DNA from: Candidatus Saccharimonadota bacterium
GTDB lineage: Bacteria; Patescibacteriota; Saccharimonadia; Saccharimonadales; Saccharimonadaceae
Assembly: GCF_025273655.1 (NCBI RefSeq)
Contig: NZ_CP045921.1
Location: 90,001 to 122,000 of the forward strand
Reading direction: 5' to 3'
Length of the DNA: 32,000 nt
Position numbers and translations under genes: made by a program. Positions 7,955 to 14,056 of the stretch are shown here, piece by piece. Below the pieces are notes generated by a model, which saw only the letters and a program-made list of their open reading frames with translations, had not been told where the DNA came from and did not search any database. Positions within the stretch are counted from its first letter, which is position 1. The number at the start of each line of letters is the position of its first letter.

Positions 7955-8227
7955 CTAGGACGAGGAGATGATCAGTGCTTTGGTGCCACGCATGGTGTCG
8001 TCGCACGTAAACAAAGCCTCGCTTTCGGCATGTTCTGGGGTGGCAAGCTGTTCGATGTTTCTCACATAGAACACGGAACTTGCTCCTCTGTTATCCACAC
8101 CTCCAAGCGCGAACATTTGCTGTGCGTCACCGGCGGCCTCTACGAGGCGTGCTTCAAGCCCTCTGTGGGGCAGAAGTTTGTACTTCTCATTGTCCATCCC
8201 AGGACGTAGTAAAACGAGACGTAGCAC
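7955..8227 (-). CDS. Hypothetical small protein (about 90 aa)
   Basis: AAGGAG lies 5 nt upstream of GTG 8227; an in-frame ATG at 8197 is an alternative. The ORF track extension to 8299 lacks an RBS. Confidence 0.4.
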   Translation of the reverse strand: MLRLVLLRPGMDNEKYKLLPHRGLEARLVEAAGDAQQMFALGGVDNRGASSVFYVRNIEQLATPEHAESEALFTCDDTMRGTKALIISSS

Positions 8228-8306
8228 AATCACTCCTTCGAGTCCCGTACAACACTTTGCTGTACATATACTATTATACAACGTTTGTTTGATAAGCATA
8301 ATAATA

Positions 8307-8335
8307 TTGACATTTACAACAATAAATGATATATT
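8307..8335 (+). promoter_or_regulatory. Sigma70-type promoter TTGACA-17 nt-TGaTATATT
   Basis: TTGACA is at 8307-8312 and TATATT at 8330-8335, with TG at 8327-8328. The ATG at 8347 is 11 nt downstream, so the leader is very short. Confidence 0.5.
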
Positions 8336-8346
8336 TTAGGTAGACT

Positions 8347-9117
8347 ATGTCAAAAGAAAAATCACCAAAAAGCTTGCAAAACGACCACTCTGAAATGCAC
8401 TACACGCACGGTGTGTTTCATTATCCTGAAGATAACATCACAGTTGTCACGCAGCCAACATTTGAAGACACACTTGAAGCAATAGCCGATCAGCCAGCAA
8501 ACAATACTACTATTGTCACACCTGAGCTTGCGTTATTAAATGACGATGAATTTCATGATTTTTCACTTGAGAAACAAACGGATGCCATGCTAAAAACGCT
8601 CAATGAGCGATTTTGTCGATTAAAAGGTGTATCTTATGATACCTCGAATGCAATTATGATAGGGGCGCCCCTGCAGTCTCCTACGCGCACTGGCTACAAT
8701 AATGGGGCGGCAGTGTTTCAGTATGGATCAACGACACACCTACAACGTAAGAAGCACCCTGGCCCGTACGAAGAAGAGCTCGGATGGTTTGAGTATAATG
8801 CGGATCAAAACCCCTACCATAAGTTAGGCGCGACAGGACTTATTTGCTCTGAACTGATCTTTGCGATTACGCTAGAGAAGAAATTGAGAAATAGCACAGA
8901 TAAAATTCTGATGCCTGCGGCATGGGGAGTGCCGTCCATGACTCCTGAGATTGCCGCCGCATACGGAACGACCGATCAATATAATCAATATACGCTTGAT
9001 ACTGCAGCATCTATGGCTGCAGAAGACATACCTAATCTAAAAAGTATTTACATAGCTGATCGAGTAGTTGACGGAGCGTCCCCGCAATCGGGTAAAATCA
9101 ACATAGCCAGAAAGTAG
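8347..9117 (+). CDS. Carbon-nitrogen hydrolase (nitrilase superfamily)-like protein, divergent
   Basis: Candidate E-K-C triad in the expected order and context: 'IVTPELAL' (Glu), 'LQRKKHPGPYEEE' (Lys), 'GLICSELIF' (Cys), then 'ILMPAAWG'. The gene is visibly AT-richer (about 40-45% GC by eye) than its neighbours. Confidence 0.55.
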   Translation: MSKEKSPKSLQNDHSEMHYTHGVFHYPEDNITVVTQPTFEDTLEAIADQPANNTTIVTPELALLNDDEFHDFSLEKQTDAMLKTLNERFCRLKGVSYDTSNAIMIGAPLQSPTRTGYNNGAAVFQYGSTTHLQRKKHPGPYEEELGWFEYNADQNPYHKLGATGLICSELIFAITLEKKLRNSTDKILMPAAWGVPSMTPEIAAAYGTTDQYNQYTLDTAASMAAEDIPNLKSIYIADRVVDGASPQSGKINIARK

Positions 9118-9135
9118 TCGGCCACACTTACTTAG

Positions 9136-9144
9136 TGCTATAAT
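9136..9144 (+). promoter_or_regulatory. Extended -10 element TGcTATAAT upstream of pyrG
   Basis: The sequence reads agTGcTATAATaaaatcccatGGAAGGTGAGaccaacATG. Here a leader of about 20 nt with an SD follows. Confidence 0.5.
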
Positions 9145-9170
9145 AAAATCCCATGGAAGGTGAGACCAAC

Positions 9171-10754
9171 ATGGGACAATCTAAGAAGTATATTTTTGTG
9201 ACTGGCGGCGTCCTCTCTGGCGTTGGTAAAGGCATCACAGCGGCAAGTATGGGCGCGGTGTTGCAGGCCAAAGGTATCAATGTATCGATTCAGAAATGTG
9301 ATCCGTATCTCAATGTAGATGCGGGTCTTTTGAATCCAGCGGAACACGGCGAGTGTTTCGTAACAAAAGACGGCGCCGAGACAGACCTCGATCTGGGGCA
9401 CTACGAGCGCTTCCTCGATCTGGAGCTGACGCAGAAGAACGCGACACTGAGTGGCAAGTTGCTGAGCAATCTCATTGCCGACGAGCGCGCCGGGAAATTC
9501 GGCGGTAAGACAGTGCAGCTGGTGCCGCACTTGACTGGCGCGATCCAGGACGCGATCGAACTTGCTGCCGATGGCAGTGACGTACATATAGTAGAGATCG
9601 GTGGTACAGTAGGCGACTACGAAGGCCTGAGCTTCGTAGAGGCAATTCGTGAATTCGCAGGGCGAGTTGGCCGCGAAAACTGCCTATATGTGCACGTTGT
9701 CTATGTGCCATTCATCGGCACAAGCAAAGAATTCAAGACCAAGCCAGCGCAAAACGCGCTCAACGAACTGCGTGGCTTTGGCATCGTGCCGGACTGCGTA
9801 GTGGTGCGCACTGATGATCCGGCGCCTGCTGGTGTGGCAAAGAAAATCGCCATGTTTAGTGGTGTCAGCGAAGACGCGGTGATTATGCTGCATAATGCTA
9901 AGACAGTGTTCCAAATCCCTCTTATCATCGCTGACAGCGGCGTATTGAATGTGTTGAACAAGTTTACAGGTAATGACACTACGCCTGATCTGAAGAAGTG
10001 GCAAGATATTATGTTGGCTCAGAGTACTGTGCGTGAACGCGACGTGACGGTGGGGCTGGTAGCAAAGTATATGGACAATGAAGATACCTATATATCGGTG
10101 CTCGAAGCACTCAAAAGTGCGGCGTGGCATACCGAAGTGAACCTGGAGATCAAATGGATCAACGCAGAGACGGCGAGCGACACGGATTTTGACAGTGTAG
10201 ATGCACTATTGGTACCAGGTGGGTTTGGCGAACGTGGTGTCCCGGGCAAAATCGCAGCGGCTGATTACGCGCTTCGTACCGGCAAGCCGTATCTAGGTTT
10301 GTGTCTTGGTTTGCAGGTGGCGGTTATCGCAGCGGCACGACGCGGCGGGTTAGCCGACGCCCATAGTGCTGAATTCGACAAAGCAACTGAGCATGATGTG
10401 GTCTACATCATGGCTGGACAGGAAGGCAAAGAGTCGACTGGCGGCACACTCCGTCTCGGTGATTACGACGCTGTACTGCGAGATGGTTCAAAGGCAGCGA
10501 CAGCATACGGCGCGACAGAAGTGGTAGAGCGACACCGCCATCGCTACGAGGTGAATCAGAAATTTGTGCAAGAGATTGAACAGGGTGGGCTAGTGATCAG
10601 CGGTACTTCACCCGACGGCAAGCTCGTCGAGTTTGTAGAATCACCCGAACACCCATACTTTGTCGCTACTCAAGCTCACCCAGAGCTCAAGAGTCGGCCA
10701 AATAGGGCGCATCCACTATTCGTAGGCGTGCTTCGTGCGGCGAGCAAGAGATAG
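9171..10754 (+). CDS. pyrG: CTP synthase
   Basis: 'KYIFVTGGVLSGVGKGITAASMG' is the N-terminal synthetase signature. The C-terminal glutamine amidotransferase domain shows 'GLCLGLQ' and 'ATQAHPE'. GGAAGGTGAG SD precedes ATG 9171; the ORF is open from 9153. Confidence 0.95.
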   Translation: MGQSKKYIFVTGGVLSGVGKGITAASMGAVLQAKGINVSIQKCDPYLNVDAGLLNPAEHGECFVTKDGAETDLDLGHYERFLDLELTQKNATLSGKLLSNLIADERAGKFGGKTVQLVPHLTGAIQDAIELAADGSDVHIVEIGGTVGDYEGLSFVEAIREFAGRVGRENCLYVHVVYVPFIGTSKEFKTKPAQNALNELRGFGIVPDCVVVRTDDPAPAGVAKKIAMFSGVSEDAVIMLHNAKTVFQIPLIIADSGVLNVLNKFTGNDTTPDLKKWQDIMLAQSTVRERDVTVGLVAKYMDNEDTYISVLEALKSAAWHTEVNLEIKWINAETASDTDFDSVDALLVPGGFGERGVPGKIAAADYALRTGKPYLGLCLGLQVAVIAAARRGGLADAHSAEFDKATEHDVVYIMAGQEGKESTGGTLRLGDYDAVLRDGSKAATAYGATEVVERHRHRYEVNQKFVQEIEQGGLVISGTSPDGKLVEFVESPEHPYFVATQAHPELKSRPNRAHPLFVGVLRAASKR

Positions 10755-10892
10755 ACTGACCGATAGGTACACACGAGGCGCGACTCGTCAGACTGGGGCG
10801 ATGCTAAAGAGCTGGCGGGCTGTTTCAACTCCACGTACGACACTTACGAGGTGAGGCGACTTGGCATATAGCTAGTCCTCGGCCTTTGCTTG

Positions 10893-10921
10893 TTGACATT
10901 ATAAAGCATAAGTGCTATAAT
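10893..10921 (+). promoter_or_regulatory. Perfect consensus sigma70 promoter TTGACA-17 nt-TGcTATAAT
   Basis: TTGACA is at 10893-10898 and TATAAT at 10916-10921, with an exactly 17-nt spacer and TG at 10913-10914. Confidence 0.65.
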
Positions 10922-10953
10922 GGTATTATAAAGTAAGCGAAACGAACACCAAA

Positions 10954-11139
10954 ATGGATAAAATCAGTCACGGAACACAAACAAACGATATTTCTCACAT
11001 GGGCGCGGGCGATGACCAGCGTGTACTCAATGTACTTGTTGAACATGTACGCGGTCTCATGCCAGTGTCTGGTAGTGCGGTAGAGCTTGGTCTGCCAGAT
11101 CCAGACCTTCTCGACGAGCTAGGCGCTGAACTCGTCTAG
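10954..11139 (+). CDS. Small acidic hypothetical protein (61 aa); coding status uncertain
   Basis: It is the only ORF downstream of the consensus promoter. The A-rich leader has no SD, and no family was recognised. Confidence 0.3.
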   Translation: MDKISHGTQTNDISHMGAGDDQRVLNVLVEHVRGLMPVSGSAVELGLPDPDLLDELGAELV

Positions 11140-11156
11140 TTTTACAGGGGTGGCTA

Positions 11157-11165
11157 TGCTACAAT
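11157..11165 (+). promoter_or_regulatory. Extended -10 element TGcTACAAT, 7 nt upstream of the argS ATG (leaderless-type)
   Basis: The sequence reads aTGcTACAATagcctgtATG. There is no SD. Confidence 0.5.
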
Positions 11166-11172
11166 AGCCTGT

Positions 11173-12846
11173 ATGGAGTCACTTTCTCAGGCAGTAGCCA
11201 CGATCATAGCAGCGGAATACGACGTCGACAGTACGCCAGTGTTTTCGCGTCCTGAGCCCCAGTTTGGTGACTATGCAACCAATGTAGCGATGCAGCTTGC
11301 GAAGCAAGTCGGACAAAATCCACGTGCTATTGCCGAGAAACTAGCAGAGAAACTGGCTGAAACAGGCGAGTACCAGGCGGTCGAAGTAGCTGGACCTGGC
11401 TTTTTGAACATCACTCTGAAGCCAGAGGCGCTGCTTGCACTGGTTCGCAAAGAGCCGACGCCGCACTACGCAGGCCAAAAAATCGTGTTTGAGTACAGCT
11501 GCCCCAACGCATTCAAAGAGTTGCACACAGGCCATCTGTATCAGACGTTGTTTGGTGATATTGTGTCGCGCCTGTTTCTCGTGGGCGGGGCTCAGCTGAC
11601 ACGTACAAGCTTCGGCGGTGATGTAGGTCTGCATGTAGCCAAATGTCTATGGGGTATGCGTGCGGAGTTGGGTGGAGAAGACCCAGGTAAGCTTGACGAA
11701 ATCGATAGCGACCCGTTTGCACGTGCTCGTTGGATTAGTTCGTGCTATGTGATTGGCGCCAAAGCCTACGAGGAGAACGAGGCGCACAAAACGGAGATAG
11801 ATGAGCTCAACAAGACGATCTACGGTTTTCATGATAGCAATGATCACGAGTCGCCATTGGCACAAATTTATTGGACGACTCGTCAGTGGAGTTTTGATTA
11901 TTTCGAGGCGTTCTACGCACTGATCGAAGTGGCGCCACTACGCTATTATCCGGAGAGCGAAACAGCTCCTGTAGGACTCGATGTAGTACGCGCACAGCTG
12001 GCGGCTGGCAAACTCAAAGAGTCTGACGGAGCCGTAGTGTTTGAGGGTGACGAATCGAAGCATCTCCATACCCGCGTGTTCATTACGTCGAAGGGATTAC
12101 CAACCTACGAGACAAAGGACATCGGTGTGATCTGGCGCGAGAAGGCAGACTACGACTTCGACCACCGCTATCTGATTACAGGCAATGATCAAAAAGAATA
12201 CATGCGCGTGGTGTTCGCCGCCGCCGAGGCGTTTCGCCCCGAGCTTGCTGGTACTATGACACACTTCACCAACGGCACTGTCCGTTTTGGCGACGGCAGC
12301 AAAATGAGCTCACGCCTCGGCAATGTGACGCGTGGAATCGATGTGGTAGAGGCTGTCCAAGAAAAGGTTGCTGCGCTGGTAGAGGACGAGAAGCTCCGTC
12401 AGGATGTGGTGATCGGTGCGATCAAATACGCCTTTGCGCGCTATCGTATCGGTGGCGATATTGCGTTTAATCTCGACGAGACAGTAAGTCTGCAAGGTAA
12501 CTCGGGCCCGTACCTGCAGTATGCCCATGCACGTGCACGTCGTGTTCTCGAGAAGGTGGAAGAAACTCCTAGTGCGCCAACCGATGTACGAGCCGAAGAT
12601 CGTGCGCTCGTGCGCAAACTTGGTGAGTACCACGAAGCTGTCGATCTTGCGATCAAGGAATTGGCGCCGCACCACATCTGTAATTATCTGTTTGAACTTG
12701 CCCAAGAGTTCAATCGTTACTACGAGAAAAACCAAGTCGTCGGGAGTGAGCACGAGCAGCACCGTGCGGGGCTAGTATCACTCTACGCCGATACACTCCG
12801 TGCCGGCCTGATGATCCTGGGTATTGTCGCGCCAGACAAGATGTAG
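11173..12846 (+). CDS. argS: Arginine--tRNA ligase
   Basis: Class I 'HTGH' (HIGH) motif in 'NAFKELHTGHLY'. 'KMSSRLGN' is the ArgRS variant of KMSKS. The C-terminal anticodon-binding DALR-like region includes 'YLQYAHAR'. Confidence 0.95.
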   Translation: MESLSQAVATIIAAEYDVDSTPVFSRPEPQFGDYATNVAMQLAKQVGQNPRAIAEKLAEKLAETGEYQAVEVAGPGFLNITLKPEALLALVRKEPTPHYAGQKIVFEYSCPNAFKELHTGHLYQTLFGDIVSRLFLVGGAQLTRTSFGGDVGLHVAKCLWGMRAELGGEDPGKLDEIDSDPFARARWISSCYVIGAKAYEENEAHKTEIDELNKTIYGFHDSNDHESPLAQIYWTTRQWSFDYFEAFYALIEVAPLRYYPESETAPVGLDVVRAQLAAGKLKESDGAVVFEGDESKHLHTRVFITSKGLPTYETKDIGVIWREKADYDFDHRYLITGNDQKEYMRVVFAAAEAFRPELAGTMTHFTNGTVRFGDGSKMSSRLGNVTRGIDVVEAVQEKVAALVEDEKLRQDVVIGAIKYAFARYRIGGDIAFNLDETVSLQGNSGPYLQYAHARARRVLEKVEETPSAPTDVRAEDRALVRKLGEYHEAVDLAIKELAPHHICNYLFELAQEFNRYYEKNQVVGSEHEQHRAGLVSLYADTLRAGLMILGIVAPDKM

Positions 12847-12969
12847 TATAGTAGTCCTCGTGAAGACCTATCGCACACACAACACAGAACTCCGCGGCAA
12901 GCTCTGCCTCGTGATGTTTATTGATGTGTAGGCGAGAAGTTTCACGATTTAGTACCGATATGACACTTC

Positions 12970-13000
12970 CTCGCCACCAGATGTGGCGAGTTTTCGTTTC
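12970..13000 (+). terminator. Rho-independent terminator downstream of argS
   Basis: CTCGCCAC (12970-12977), loop CAGAT, GTGGCGAG (12983-12990), then TTTTCGTTTC. Confidence 0.6.
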
Positions 13001-13071
13001 GACGACGAGGCTATGTGTCGGTAGTCCGGTCTTGGAACCATCCCTGACCGTGTGAACAATTTGGAGGAGAA

Positions 13072-13374
13072 ATGGCCAATCAAAAGGTCAAGGATCAGCT
13101 CGTACGCGTGCTGTGCAGGAAAGGTAGCGTAGTTTCCGAGAGTGCATCGGTGACTGATTTGCGAGTTCAGCTCGAGATAGACTGTTCGAACAATGTGTTC
13201 AGCAGCGCGCTTGCAGCTGCGATCAGCGAGAAGCTTGTAGTGCGTCGGCGTAGGCTCACAGAAGGTGTGGGTGACGATGACGATCGCCCAATTACCCTCG
13301 AGGCTACTCGACATGCACAACAGTGTTATGTGCGTCCTCAGCGCGAACGCACACGCATGAGTTTCGCGTTATAA
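13072..13374 (+). CDS. Hypothetical protein (100 aa)
   Basis: A strong SD, GGAGGAG, lies 4 nt upstream of the ATG. I prefer this ORF to the overlapping antisense ORF at 12949-13320. It is bracketed by hairpin terminators. Confidence 0.55.
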   Translation: MANQKVKDQLVRVLCRKGSVVSESASVTDLRVQLEIDCSNNVFSSALAAAISEKLVVRRRRLTEGVGDDDDRPITLEATRHAQQCYVRPQRERTRMSFAL

Positions 13375-13388
13375 CCTGACGCGATTTT

Positions 13389-13432
13389 CTAGAGCGACCC
13401 GGTGGCGAAACATGCTATCCGGGTCGCTCTAG
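13389..13432 (+). terminator. Perfect 14-bp hairpin downstream of the 13072 gene
   Basis: CTAGAGCGACCCGG (13389-13402), a 16-nt loop, then CCGGGTCGCTCTAG (13419-13432), followed by GGTATATTTTCTCC. Confidence 0.6.
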
Positions 13433-13469
13433 GGTATATTTTCTCCTCCTACTATTTCCTGAAAGATAG

Positions 13470-13478
13470 TGCTATAAT
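13470..13478 (+). promoter_or_regulatory. Extended -10 element TGcTATAAT upstream of mscL
   Basis: The sequence reads agTGcTATAATcgcac... A 38-nt leader follows, containing the SD AAGAGGTGGGAGAAGG. Confidence 0.5.
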
Positions 13479-13516
13479 CGCACTCAGAAATTATAAGAGG
13501 TGGGAGAAGGTGCAGT

Positions 13517-13972
13517 ATGGCAACAGACAAAACCACAACCAAGACAACAGCTAAAGAGAAGCAGCCCAAATCGGCCGCGGCAAAAGCCCGCGCCAAGGCA
13601 GTGCGTGAGCGCGCAGTAGCGGCTCGTGCTAAAGCTAGCGGCGCCACCAAAGGTCAGGCGAGCGGTTTCGTCGACTTTATCCGTACGCAGGGCGTGGTAG
13701 GACTGGCAGTCGGTCTTGCCATTGGTACGGCGGCAGGTGCGACAGTGAAGACACTTGTAGAAGGCTTCATCAACCCGGTTGTGCAGTTCATCGTCGGTTC
13801 GCAGGAGGCGCTAGCCAGTGCGGTGTGGCATGTTGAACTGTGGGGTCGTACGGCAGATTTCGCCTGGGGCGCATTTGTGTCCTCGGCCATCACGCTCATT
13901 GCGACGGCGTTCGTGATTTACCTCATTGTCCATGGGTTCAAACTCGATAGGTTGGACAAGAAAAAAGACTAG
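13517..13972 (+). CDS. mscL: Large-conductance mechanosensitive channel with a roughly 49-aa Lys/Ala-rich N-terminal extension
   Basis: 'GFVDFIRTQGVVGLAVGLAIGTAAG' matches the MscL N-terminal/TM1 signature (F.eFi.rGNViDLAVGviiG). A second TM segment is 'FVSSAITLIATAFVIYLIV'. Confidence 0.85.
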   Translation: MATDKTTTKTTAKEKQPKSAAAKARAKAVRERAVAARAKASGATKGQASGFVDFIRTQGVVGLAVGLAIGTAAGATVKTLVEGFINPVVQFIVGSQEALASAVWHVELWGRTADFAWGAFVSSAITLIATAFVIYLIVHGFKLDRLDKKKD

Positions 13973-13990
13973 ATCAAACAAACCCAAAAA

Positions 13991-14022
13991 GCACCTTGGC
14001 ACCAAGAAGGTGCTTTTGCTTT
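13991..14022 (+). terminator. Rho-independent terminator downstream of mscL
   Basis: GCACCTT (13991-13997), a 9-nt loop, AAGGTGC (14007-14013), then TTTTGCTTT. A5 upstream can extend the stem. Confidence 0.7.
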
Positions 14023-14039
14023 GAAAACAGGGGTAATGA

Positions 14040-14048
14040 TGGTATAGT
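14040..14048 (+). promoter_or_regulatory. Extended -10 element TGgTATAGT, 8 nt upstream of the helicase ATG (leaderless-type)
   Basis: The sequence reads gaTGgTATAGTtgcggcatATG. Confidence 0.45.
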
Positions 14049-14056
14049 TGCGGCAT

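Noticed and set aside
10755-11172. T-box leader, riboswitch or known ncRNA (SRP, RNase P, tmRNA, 6S) in the long pyrG-argS spacer
   Set aside because: 'AGGGGTGGCTATGC' near 11145 only superficially resembles the T-box 'GGGTGGTACCGCG' core. I could find no specifier-loop or antiterminator architecture and no other ncRNA signature by eye. A covariance-model scan would be needed to be sure.
12949-13320. 123-aa ORF on the - strand competing with the 13072-13374 + ORF
   Set aside because: The + strand ORF has a near-perfect SD (GGAGGAG, 4-nt spacing) and is bracketed by + oriented terminators. The - ORF has no start context.
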